Source: an uncultured Pseudomonadota bacterium (GTDB taxonomy: Bacteria; Pseudomonadota; Alphaproteobacteria; Rs-D84). From it: 64,000 bases of DNA. The stretch covers positions 5,032 to 69,031 of the forward strand of contig CADAKI010000003.1 in assembly GCA_902788485.1 (NCBI GenBank), written 5' to 3'. The notes beneath the pieces were generated by a model. The model made no database searches and was not told the origin of the DNA. It worked only from the letters and a program-made list of their open reading frames with translations. The translations under genes and the position numbers were made by a program. This document shows, piece after piece, positions 1 through 8,317 of the stretch. Within the stretch, counting starts at the first letter, position 1. Each line of letters opens with the position of its first letter.

Positions 1-1
1 T

Positions 2-52
2 AAATGCCGTGTTCAGGTCTGTTTATTTTGTGGACAAACGCGCCAAGCATAA
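2..52 (+). CDS. 3' end of a small Cys-rich ORF (..KCRVQVCLFCGQTRQA*), cut by the window edge
   Basis: Hand translation of frame 2, with stop taa at 50-52. The C-terminal C-x2-C-x-Q resembles the C-termini of ORFs 860..1072 and 1075..1371. Confidence 0.25.
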   Translation, partial: KCRVQVCLFCGQTRQA

Positions 53-160
53 ACTGAACGACAGTTATTTCTTGAATTTTTACGAACTGATAAATTATGC
101 GCGCACAAACAATATTGACGAAATGGATTATATTCACAGTATTCGCGATGTACTGTTGTC

Positions 161-394
161 ATGTCCACAAACATATTTGGCACGATAATGAGTAATATAA
201 ATTGTCCATATGATAATCAATACTGTTTGGAAAAAGACCGGCGATTTTCCCAATGGGCAAATATTGTGACAACATACACAATGCCACAACCAATCAATCC
301 AGATGCGTTTTCTGGATGCCCAAATGAAAAAACATGCCCGCGGCATCCACGCATTTTGGCAGACAACAAGGTTCCAAGTCATGGACAAAGATAA
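161..394 (+). CDS. hypothetical small Cys-containing protein (77 aa), possibly a diverged member of the small-Cys family
   Basis: ORF track. NCPYDNQYC-LEKDRRF resembles QCPNGMNEQNCPMRKYL (860 ORF) and NCTRQQSKCPVVKYFL (1075 ORF). The 3' end overlaps the rimM start by 14 nt. No clear SD seen. Confidence 0.3.
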   Translation: MSTNIFGTIMSNINCPYDNQYCLEKDRRFSQWANIVTTYTMPQPINPDAFSGCPNEKTCPRHPRILADNKVPSHGQR

Positions 395-848
395 CAGAAT
401 TTTGGTCGGAAAAATTGTCGCATGCCAAGGTATACGCGGCGATGTGCGCGTTCAAACATATACCGCCGCGCCCACAGATTTTGCAACACTGCCGGTTTGG
501 TCGGGGATTTTTGGTGTGGACGATTTCAAATTTATACGCGTGGTGCCAAATTCTGATGTCATTATTGCACATGTGCGCGGATACGAAGACCGGACGGCCG
601 CCGAACATTTACGCGGAACACGGTTGTTTATTGAACGAGACGCCCTGCCCGACGATATGCGAGATGGTGAATATTACCAATCTGATTTAATTGGGTTTGA
701 TGTTGTGCGCGATGGCGTGCGGCTTGGTATCGTTGCCGGGTTTCAAAACTATGGTGCGGGCGATATTATTCAAACAGATGACGGCAACATGTATTCGTTT
801 ATTGGCGCAGATGTTGATATGAATAACAAAACTATAAATATTAAATAA
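381..848 (+). CDS. rimM: 16S rRNA processing protein RimM
   Basis: N-terminal ILVGKIVACQGIRGDVRV motif typical of RimM, and position directly upstream of trmD-rplS. Start moved from the ORF-track ATG at 303 to ATG 381 (MDKDNRILVGKI). Confidence 0.9.
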   Translation: MDKDNRILVGKIVACQGIRGDVRVQTYTAAPTDFATLPVWSGIFGVDDFKFIRVVPNSDVIIAHVRGYEDRTAAEHLRGTRLFIERDALPDDMRDGEYYQSDLIGFDVVRDGVRLGIVAGFQNYGAGDIIQTDDGNMYSFIGADVDMNNKTINIK

Positions 849-859
849 AGGAGAAAGCT

Positions 860-1072
860 ATGATTACTGTATTAAATTGGAATTTTTTAACAACACAATG
901 CCCAAATGGTATGAATGAACAAAATTGCCCTATGCGTAAATATTTGAAAGAACAAAAAGCATTACACCAATCTGTTAATGAAACTTTGTTGCAATCAGCA
1001 GGTTCTTTTGAAGAATGCGTTGCTGTAATTCGTGAAATCCAAACAACATGCTCTAAATGCCATAATAAATAA
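860..1072 (+). CDS. small 4-Cys protein (70 aa), family member A
   Basis: Strong SD (aaggag) about 8 nt upstream of the ATG. Shares MIT start, C-x7-C..KYL.EQ and I.E.Q..C.KC motifs with the next ORF. Confidence 0.55.
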   Translation: MITVLNWNFLTTQCPNGMNEQNCPMRKYLKEQKALHQSVNETLLQSAGSFEECVAVIREIQTTCSKCHNK

Positions 1073-1074
1073 AA

Positions 1075-1371
1075 ATGATAACAAGAATGAAAACTTTTTA
1101 TGTTTGTTCAAGCGATACAAATGTCACAGAGACATTTGGTAATGCCACTTTCGTTTTATGGAAAAATTGTACCAGACAACAAAGCAAATGCCCTGTGGTA
1201 AAGTATTTTTTGGAACAACCCGTCAAATTCACTAAAGGTGATTTTGGTAAATATATATTCAATTTCTCTACTGATGTAGATATTAGTAGAATTAGAAAAA
1301 ATATTTACGAGGCACAAGGTATTTGTAAAAAATGCCAACTGTGCAATCAAAAAACAAATATACGCAATTAA
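1075..1371 (+). CDS. small 4/5-Cys protein (98 aa), family member B
   Basis: Starts 2 nt after the stop of ORF 860..1072, suggesting translational coupling. Paralogous motifs: NCTRQQSKCPVVKYFLEQ and IYEAQGICKKCQLC. Confidence 0.5.
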   Translation: MITRMKTFYVCSSDTNVTETFGNATFVLWKNCTRQQSKCPVVKYFLEQPVKFTKGDFGKYIFNFSTDVDISRIRKNIYEAQGICKKCQLCNQKTNIRN

Positions 1372-1383
1372 ACAGGAAAAACA

Positions 1384-2070
1384 ATGCACTTTAACATATT
1401 GACCATTTTTCCAGATATGTTTCCGGGAACCCTGGGTGGCGGGGTTGTTGGACGCGCACGCGACAATGGTATTTGGTCAATGGATGTTATAAATATTCGC
1501 GATTTTGCCATAAATAACTATGGCAGTGTTGACGACGAACAATTCGGTGGTGGCGCGGGCATGGTTATGCGACCCGATGTATTGGGCGCGGCATTGGATT
1601 CCGTTAAAAAATCAGGTAAAATCATATACTTTTCACCGCGCGGCGTTCCATTGACACAAAAATTGGTGCGCGAATTTGCGGCGGACAAAAACGCAACATA
1701 TACCTTGCTGTGCGGTCGATACGAAGGCATTGATGAACGCGTTTTGGACGAATACGACATTACCGAGATTTCTATCGGCGATTACATTTTATCGGGTGGT
1801 GAAATTGCCGCGCAAGTTTTTGTTGACAGTTGCGTTCGCGTGATGGATAATGTGTTGCACGGTGGGGATGCATCCACCGAAAATGAAAGTTTCGAAATCG
1901 GGGGGCTGGAATGGCCATTATATACCCGCCCGTCAGTATGGCGTGGACATAAAGTCCCAGAAGTCCTGCTGTCCGGTCACCATGGCAATATCGAACGGTG
2001 GCGGAAACAACAATCGGATGACATAACAAAACAAAGACGTCCGGATTTAATAAAGGAAAATAAAAAATGA
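1384..2070 (+). CDS. trmD: tRNA (guanine37-N1)-methyltransferase TrmD
   Basis: [15 protein letters not shown].., [10 protein letters not shown] and [12 protein letters not shown] motifs. 4-nt overlap with rplS. Confidence 0.97.
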   Translation: MHFNILTIFPDMFPGTLGGGVVGRARDNGIWSMDVINIRDFAINNYGSVDDEQFGGGAGMVMRPDVLGAALDSVKKSGKIIYFSPRGVPLTQKLVREFAADKNATYTLLCGRYEGIDERVLDEYDITEISIGDYILSGGEIAAQVFVDSCVRVMDNVLHGGDASTENESFEIGGLEWPLYTRPSVWRGHKVPEVLLSGHHGNIERWRKQQSDDITKQRRPDLIKENKK

Positions 2071-2456
2071 ATATTTTGAAAAAAATTGAAGAACAACAAG
2101 TTGCAAAAATGAAAGGCGATAAAGTTATCCCAAACTTCAAAGCCGGGGATACGGTTCGCGTTCATGTAAAAATTAAAGATGGCGACAAATTCCGTATTCA
2201 AATGTTCGAAGGCGTCGTTATCGCACGCGATGGCGGAAATGGCAACAATGCATCATTTACGGTTCGTCGTGAATCTTATGGTGTGGGCGTGGAACGCAAA
2301 TTCCCATTATACACACCGGCGATTGAAAAAATCGAAAAAGTTCGTATCGGTCGCGTTCGTCGTGCGAAATTGTTCTTTTTGCGCAAATTGTCTGGTAAAA
2401 AGGCACGTATTGTGGAAGATTTGGCGGCAACATCTGCCGAAAAAGCCGCAAAATAA
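2067..2456 (+). CDS. rplS: 50S ribosomal protein L19
   Basis: [30 protein letters not shown].. is classic L19. Follows trmD. Confidence 0.97.
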   Translation: MNILKKIEEQQVAKMKGDKVIPNFKAGDTVRVHVKIKDGDKFRIQMFEGVVIARDGGNGNNASFTVRRESYGVGVERKFPLYTPAIEKIEKVRIGRVRRAKLFFLRKLSGKKARIVEDLAATSAEKAAK

Positions 2457-2480
2457 TTTGCGAAAAACACAAACAAAAAA

Positions 2481-2510
2481 AACACCGCACCAACCGTGCG
2501 GTGTTTTTTA
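2481..2510 (+). terminator. intrinsic terminator after rplS
   Basis: Hairpin caccgcac/gtgcggtg with a 5-nt loop, followed by a T run. Confidence 0.8.
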
Positions 2511-2560
2511 TAAAATTTAATAATTTGACTTAGTGACAAGATAAATGTATCATTGTTGTT

Positions 2561-2923
2561 ATGAAAACTTTATTTAAATTTTTAGTGTTATTATTGTTGA
2601 TTGTTGGGATGTTGCCGCAATCTGCAAATGCATATATTGACCATAATGTTGCCGTTTTACGCGTGTTGAACAAGGCCGCCGGCAAGGTTCAAAACCTGCG
2701 CGCGCCGGTTGGGGAAACAATCAAATATGACAAATTGACCATTACTGTGCGTGCGTGCAAGCAATCAGACCCATTTGACGCAGAAAATCATTTTGCTTTT
2801 GTAGAGGTTTTTAATTCCACATCCGAACAAATATACGGCGGATGGATGAATAAAAACGAACCGGGTCAAAACCCATTGGAAAGTCCGGATTGGGATATTT
2901 GGCTGAATACATGCGAAGATTAA
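2561..2923 (+). CDS. DUF2155-like secreted protein
   Basis: Signal peptide (..LPQSANA), then VLRVLNKAAGKV..L.V.VGE..KYDKLTITVRAC, a pattern I recall for alphaproteobacterial DUF2155. Confidence 0.65.
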   Translation: MKTLFKFLVLLLLIVGMLPQSANAYIDHNVAVLRVLNKAAGKVQNLRAPVGETIKYDKLTITVRACKQSDPFDAENHFAFVEVFNSTSEQIYGGWMNKNEPGQNPLESPDWDIWLNTCED

Positions 2924-2939
2924 AAACGGGAGGAACAAC

Positions 2940-3272
2940 ATGAAAAAAATTTTGCAAAAAACCACAGATTTTTTCAAAAATAATTTCAAATTGATTATCG
3001 GTATCGCTGTATTAATTTTGGTGGTTGGTGGGTTCTTTTTAATACAAACCAAGACAACCAGTTTGGAAAATTCTGATTTAAAAACATGGACAATGAGTTC
3101 TATCGAGGCAAAAATGTCCACTGTTCAGATTTTAACAGACAATTCACCAGATGCAGAATTGATTATGAAATGCGTTGACAAAATGTCCACATTTAATGAT
3201 TCTGGGGAATTTGCGGTGCGTGACGCAATAAAGTTATGCAATATGGGTATTAAATTACAGGAAAATAATTAA
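2940..3272 (+). CDS. hypothetical membrane-anchored protein (110 aa)
   Basis: Strong SD (gggagg) upstream and one N-terminal TM helix (LIIGIAVLILVVGGFFLI). No family recognised. Confidence 0.5.
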   Translation: MKKILQKTTDFFKNNFKLIIGIAVLILVVGGFFLIQTKTTSLENSDLKTWTMSSIEAKMSTVQILTDNSPDAELIMKCVDKMSTFNDSGEFAVRDAIKLCNMGIKLQENN

Positions 3273-3273
3273 A

Positions 3274-4404
3274 ATGGTTAATGATGATAAAATTATTCGT
3301 ATGAACATGGGGACGATGTCGGGCGACGCGGTACCGGGTGATGAACGCGCAACATTGTGTTTAGGCATTGAATCTTCGTGTGATGAAACATCGGCGGCTA
3401 TTGTCGATTCAAACAGAAATATTTTATCGCATATTATTTACTCGCAAATTCCAGAACACCAAAAATATGGCGGTGTGGTGCCTGAATTGGCGGCGCGTGC
3501 ACATATTTTAGCGATTGATGATGTTATAAATAAAACACTGCATTTGGCGGGAAAAAGTATAAACGATATCGATGTTATTGCCGCAACGGCGGGACCGGGA
3601 CTGATTGGTGGTGTGTTGGTCGGATGGATGGCGGCAACCGGTATCGCCCAGGCAGCCGGCAAACCATTGGTCGCGGTTAACCATTTAGAGGGTCACGCAT
3701 TGGTGCCACGGCTATCGGCGGCGGTTGCAAACGGCACATGGAACACAAATCAGGTTGAGTTTCCTTATTTATTGATGTTGGCATCGGGCGGTCATTGTCA
3801 AATTTTATTAGTACGCGGTGTCGGACAATATGAATTGATTGGACAAACCATCGACGACAGCGCGGGCGAGGCATTTGATAAAATTTCTAAAATGTTGGGA
3901 TTGGGATATCCGGGCGGGCCGATTGTCGATAAACGCGCAAAATTGGGTGATGCAACACGTTTTAAATTCCCGCGCCCATTGTGCAACACACCGGGATGTG
4001 ATTTTTCATTTAGCGGTATCAAAACCGCGGCCCGCATGATGTTGGATAAAAACACTGAACCGGTGGACGATGTATTTATAAATGATTTTTGTGCGTCTTT
4101 CCAGGCGGCGGTTGTTGATTGCATTGTCAATCGTTTGGAACATGCGATGACGACATCGGCTGTAAAATCTGTAAAACCAAAAATGCTGGTTGTGGCGGGT
4201 GGTGTTGCGAAAAACAGTGCGATACGCAATGCATTGGAAAAATTGGCATCAGAAAACGGCATGTTTTTTGCCGCCCCACCGATGAGTTTGTGCACCGATA
4301 ATGGTGCGATGATTGCATGGGCCGGAATTGAAAACTGGCGCGTGGGAAAAATCGTCACGAAACCTATTGCGCCCCGCCCCAGATGGCCGTTGACCGAATT
4401 ATAA
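3274..4404 (+). CDS. tsaD: tRNA N6-adenosine threonylcarbamoyltransferase TsaD
   Basis: LGIESSCDETSAAIV, NHLEGHAL and GLGYPGGP motifs. The true start may be an internal Met. Confidence 0.95.
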   Translation: MVNDDKIIRMNMGTMSGDAVPGDERATLCLGIESSCDETSAAIVDSNRNILSHIIYSQIPEHQKYGGVVPELAARAHILAIDDVINKTLHLAGKSINDIDVIAATAGPGLIGGVLVGWMAATGIAQAAGKPLVAVNHLEGHALVPRLSAAVANGTWNTNQVEFPYLLMLASGGHCQILLVRGVGQYELIGQTIDDSAGEAFDKISKMLGLGYPGGPIVDKRAKLGDATRFKFPRPLCNTPGCDFSFSGIKTAARMMLDKNTEPVDDVFINDFCASFQAAVVDCIVNRLEHAMTTSAVKSVKPKMLVVAGGVAKNSAIRNALEKLASENGMFFAAPPMSLCTDNGAMIAWAGIENWRVGKIVTKPIAPRPRWPLTEL

Positions 4405-4420
4405 TCCAAGGCAAAATTTA

Positions 4421-4867
4421 ATGCTGAACAAAAAAGAATATAAATTAGCAACAGAAAAATTAAAGGCAAAAATGTCCGCCTTTGATGGTTGTTATGACAG
4501 TTCGCATTATACTTTGACCGAGTTAGTATCGATTATTCGGGCGGTTATGCCGATTGATGATGTGCGGGCAAAGTTTATAGATGTTGAAAAACCTGTCAGT
4601 TATGCCAGTGGTTTTTGTGCATTAAATTCTTATGTTATTTATAATTTAACCGGTGGCGATAAATATTGGGAATATTATACTATTTCGCCAAAGCACGGTT
4701 TCTATAAATATGTAAAGTATTTGAAAAACAAGAAAAACGGCCAATATTTATATTTGGGCGATATTCAAGATATTCCGTATGATTTAGGTCATCCGATAAC
4801 CCAAGAATTCAGGTGTCCAAATGCAGAATTATATACTGCATTGATTGAAAATCTATCACGCAATTAA
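4421..4867 (+). CDS. hypothetical protein (148 aa)
   Basis: ORF fills the tsaD-xseA gap on the same strand. No recognisable motif. Confidence 0.45.
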   Translation: MLNKKEYKLATEKLKAKMSAFDGCYDSSHYTLTELVSIIRAVMPIDDVRAKFIDVEKPVSYASGFCALNSYVIYNLTGGDKYWEYYTISPKHGFYKYVKYLKNKKNGQYLYLGDIQDIPYDLGHPITQEFRCPNAELYTALIENLSRN

Positions 4868-4884
4868 ACAATGGAAAGGAAGCG

Positions 4885-6120
4885 ATGTTACCAAAACCCG
4901 AACCTTTTGTTAAACCGGATATGATTTTCAGTGTGTCTGACGCGTCGGCATTGTTGAAAAATGTGGTTGAAACCGCGTTTCCGGAAATTCGTGTACGTGG
5001 CGAATTGTCGGGCATTACGCGTGCGACATCGGGGCATATTTATATGTCTATCAAAGATTCTGGCGCCGTAATAAACGCAATTATTTGGCGCAGTACACCT
5101 GTTCCTTTTAAGTTAGAAGAAGGTATGGAGGTCATCGTCACCGGAAAATTTACAACATATCCGGCGCGCAGTAATTATCAATTAATTGTGAACAATATCG
5201 AAATGGCGGGTGTTGGCGCGATATTAAAAATGCTGGAAGAGCGCAAGCAAAAATTATCCGCCGAGGGGTTGTTTGACGCGTCGCGCAAAAAACCGTTGCC
5301 GCGCCTGCCCCAACGAATTGGTGTCGTCACCAGTCCGACCGGCGCCGCATTCCAAGATATTCAAAATCGTCTGCGCGAACGATTCCCGGTGCATGTGTTA
5401 TTATACCCGGCAACCGTCCAAGGAGAAACCGCCGCGCGCGAGGTTGCCAATGGCATTGAATACTTTAACAAAATGAATAATGTCGATGTGATTATTGTTG
5501 CGCGTGGTGGTGGCGCATTGGAAGATTTGCTGCCTTTTTCCGAAGAAATCGTTGTGCGTGCCGCCGCCGCAAGTCATATACCGTTGATATCGGGTGTGGG
5601 ACACGAACCGGATTGGATGCTGATTGATTTTGCCGCCGATGTGCGCGCGCCAACGCCGACGGGTGCCGCCGAAATGGTTGTGCCAACAAAGTTATCCCTG
5701 ATTCAAGATTTGGACAACATGTCGCATCGGTTGGACACGGTTTTCGCAACGCGTTTGGTCGGCGTGCGTCAGCGGTTAGAAAACATTTCTGTAAAAAGTC
5801 CAAAACAAATCGTTATGGAGTGGGCGCAACGGTTGGATGATGTTGGACGCACAATCGGTTTGATTATTTCAAACAAAATGGCCGTGGCGCGTCAAAAAAT
5901 TGACACGGTTGCAAATATGCCGAATATTTTAACTAACAAAATGCACATGCTGAATCAAAGTATGCAACATGTTGGAAATATGCTGAACAGTTTGAGTTAT
6001 AAAAATGTATTGCGGCGCGGGTATGCCATTGTGCGTGATGAAAACAATAAAATCATCAGTAATTCTGGTGATGGCCGCCCGGCAAGCATTGAATTTAACG
6101 ATGGGGTAATAAAATTATAA
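4885..6120 (+). CDS. xseA: exodeoxyribonuclease VII large subunit
   Basis: OB-fold N-terminus (VSDASALLKNVVE..VRGELSG..SGHIYMSIKD) and RIGVVTSPTGAA..D. Confidence 0.95.
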   Translation: MLPKPEPFVKPDMIFSVSDASALLKNVVETAFPEIRVRGELSGITRATSGHIYMSIKDSGAVINAIIWRSTPVPFKLEEGMEVIVTGKFTTYPARSNYQLIVNNIEMAGVGAILKMLEERKQKLSAEGLFDASRKKPLPRLPQRIGVVTSPTGAAFQDIQNRLRERFPVHVLLYPATVQGETAAREVANGIEYFNKMNNVDVIIVARGGGALEDLLPFSEEIVVRAAAASHIPLISGVGHEPDWMLIDFAADVRAPTPTGAAEMVVPTKLSLIQDLDNMSHRLDTVFATRLVGVRQRLENISVKSPKQIVMEWAQRLDDVGRTIGLIISNKMAVARQKIDTVANMPNILTNKMHMLNQSMQHVGNMLNSLSYKNVLRRGYAIVRDENNKIISNSGDGRPASIEFNDGVIKL

Positions 6121-6146
6121 AAAAACGGGCATTGCCCGTTTTTTTA
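6121..6146. terminator. bidirectional intrinsic terminator between xseA and recN
   Basis: aaaaacgggcattgcccgttttttt: GC hairpin flanked by an A run and a T run, between convergent genes. Confidence 0.85.
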
Positions 6147-6181
6147 GTGTTCAGGATGCGATTAATTCATGTGTTTGCAAA

Positions 6182-7834
6182 TTATTTTATCAAAGTTTTT
6201 GCGGTGGCAATAGATTCAGGTGTAATTTGGGCGCCACTGATTATGCGGGCAATTTCGTTTATACGTTCGTCGCCCGTGATTTCCGAAACAGATGTCATTG
6301 TTTTGTCGTTCTCGCTTGATTTAGATATTTTATAATGACGGTCGGCAAAGCCCGCAACCTGGGCCGAATGGGTTATAACGATTGATTGTGCGTTTTGCGA
6401 CAATTTATTCAAACGCGCACCAACCGCGGATGCGGTTGCGCCACTGATTCCGGTGTCAATTTCATCAAACACAAATGTGTGCATGTCCGCCCCGCCCGCC
6501 AACACCACACGCAGTGCCAACATAAAACGCGCCAATTCACCACCCGACGCCGATTTATTCAATGGCGCAAATGGCATGCCGGGATTTGTTTTAATCATAA
6601 ACACAACATCGTCCACACCGTTGGCGGATGGGGTGGCGTTTGTAATTTCAACCATAAAATCAGCAGAACCCAATTTCAAATCCGGTAATTCTGATAAAAT
6701 CCGCGTTCGTATTGCCGCGCCAGCATCCGTACGCATTTTGGATAATTCATGCGCGGCATCATCGAATTGTTTTTTTGCGCCCGTCAATTCGCGCTGTAAT
6801 TTTTGTAATTCGGCATCGGAATTATCGATTGTGTTTAATGCCGATTCCATTTGGGTCAATTTATTTGGCAACTCGTTCGATAAAACGCGATGTTTGCGCG
6901 CCAAACTGCGTATCGCAAACAAACGTTCTTCAACATCGTCGATTGTGCCAACATCCGTATATTCGGGTTTAATAGATTCTGCAACATTTGCAATATTTTG
7001 TGCCGCATCGTATAACACATCAATTTGTTCAGAATACGGATTTTCACCATCATGATGCAAACGTTCCAAAATATGCGCAACATCACAAACAAGTGAATCC
7101 AATGAATTTCCGTTTGGGCTTAACGCCGCCAATGCGTCGTTCAAAATCGCGGTATTTTTTTCCGCGTTCATCATGTTTGCGCGAATTGTTGCCAATTCGT
7201 CTTCTTCGCCCGGCTTCACATTCAGTGCGCGCAATTCGGCAACATTGTGTTCCAAAAATTCGCGTTCAGATGCCGCACGCGCAACCAATTCTGATAATTC
7301 AGAAATTTTTGTTTCAATCGCATGCATCGCGGTATATGCTTCACGAACAGATTTTTGCTTATCCGAAAAGCCCGCAATATTTAATGCGGCAAACGCATCC
7401 AATGTTGGACGATGTGTTGCCGGATTTAATAATGTATGATTTGCAAATTGACCGTGAATTTCAACCAATGCATCACCAACCATTTTCAACACACGAACCG
7501 ATACGGGTATATCGTTTATCCATGCACGACTTTTCCCGTCCGCCGATAATGTACGACGCAACATAACCGTATCATCCACATCCAAACCGTTTTCAACCAA
7601 TATGTTTTTAACATTTTCAGACACCCCGGTAAATTCCGCCGTGGACGTGCCCATGTCACACCCGGCACGCACCAGGCCGGCGTCACTGCGCGCGCCCAAC
7701 GCCAATGATAACGCATCCATTAAAATACTTTTACCGGCACCCGTTTCGCCAGTCAAAACATTTAACCCACCACCGAATTCCAGATTCAGTTTTTCAATCA
7801 AAACTATGTTAGAAATATACAGGTTTGTTAGCAT
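6182..7834 (-). CDS. recN: DNA repair protein RecN
   Basis: MLTNLYISNIVLIEKLNLEF..LNVLTGETGAGKSIL N-terminus, with SGGE..FDEIDTGISG at the C-terminus. Confidence 0.95.
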   Translation of the reverse strand: MLTNLYISNIVLIEKLNLEFGGGLNVLTGETGAGKSILMDALSLALGARSDAGLVRAGCDMGTSTAEFTGVSENVKNILVENGLDVDDTVMLRRTLSADGKSRAWINDIPVSVRVLKMVGDALVEIHGQFANHTLLNPATHRPTLDAFAALNIAGFSDKQKSVREAYTAMHAIETKISELSELVARAASEREFLEHNVAELRALNVKPGEEDELATIRANMMNAEKNTAILNDALAALSPNGNSLDSLVCDVAHILERLHHDGENPYSEQIDVLYDAAQNIANVAESIKPEYTDVGTIDDVEERLFAIRSLARKHRVLSNELPNKLTQMESALNTIDNSDAELQKLQRELTGAKKQFDDAAHELSKMRTDAGAAIRTRILSELPDLKLGSADFMVEITNATPSANGVDDVVFMIKTNPGMPFAPLNKSASGGELARFMLALRVVLAGGADMHTFVFDEIDTGISGATASAVGARLNKLSQNAQSIVITHSAQVAGFADRHYKISKSSENDKTMTSVSEITGDERINEIARIISGAQITPESIATAKTLIK

Positions 7835-7873
7835 GACCCGATTATATTATATTTTTCCCCGATTTCAAATTTT

Positions 7874-8317
7874 TTATAATTTTTCCAAATGCCAATCGTG
7901 CAACCATAAAATATAGCATGATATTTTATGCCGCGGATAAATTTGTTTTAATAATTCGGCATATTCGCGTAACTGTGCGATATATTTTGGGCGATATTTT
8001 TCTGTATCAATATCTGTTTTATAATCCAATACGCGAACGGTTTTCGTTGCACCATCCACAACCAACCGGTCAATTCGACGCGATATAAAACGCCCATCGA
8101 TAACACCGGCAATGGGGACTTCGACCCGGGCATCGTCAGTAAAGAACGATTGTAATTCGGCACCAGCCGCCATGATTTTTGCAATTAAATCCGGGGCCCC
8201 AATGGGGGTTGGTGTAATACGCACAAATTGTAATTTTGCGTGTATCGCGCGACCATTTTGTGTCGCGTATTTTTCAGCATCTTGATTTTTTATAAATTCA
8301 TTCAGTTGGTTGTTCAT
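7874..8317 (-). CDS. addA: AddA C-terminal PD-(D/E)XK nuclease domain, encoded as a separate ORF
   Basis: GVIDGRFISRRIDRLVV..VRVLDYKTD..YIAQLREY is the RecB-type nuclease motif set. Overlaps the end of the helicase ORF by 20 nt in another frame. Confidence 0.7.
   Translation of the reverse strand: MNNQLNEFIKNQDAEKYATQNGRAIHAKLQFVRITPTPIGAPDLIAKIMAAGAELQSFFTDDARVEVPIAGVIDGRFISRRIDRLVVDGATKTVRVLDYKTDIDTEKYRPKYIAQLREYAELLKQIYPRHKISCYILWLHDWHLEKL

Noticed and set aside
97-195. A 32-aa hydrophobic ORF (MRAQTILTKWIIFTVFAMYCCHVHKHIWHDNE) between the Cys-rich ORFs.
   Set aside because: It has no SD, is very short, and overlaps the start of ORF 161..394. There is nothing to support it beyond an ATG.
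303-380. The ORF-track start of rimM at 303 (MRFLDAQMKKHARGIHAFWQTTRFQV..).
   Set aside because: RimM proteins begin a few residues before the (I/V)xxGK motif, and the ATG at 381 gives MDKDNRILVGKI. The extension would also overlap ORF 161..394 by about 90 nt.
294-608. Many ORFs of 60-230 aa lie antisense to or overlap recognised genes. Examples are 294..608(-), 3798..4469(-), 6453..7055(+), 9661..10302(+), 15510..16058(-), 19518..20078(+), 27942..28430(+), 44207..44692(-), 45516..46046(-), 48765..49280(-) and 57756..58454(+).
   Set aside because: Each lies entirely within a confidently identified gene on the other strand or in another frame. Their translations are low-complexity or rich in Cys, Arg and His, with no motifs, and none has a convincing SD. 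They are treated as shadow ORFs.
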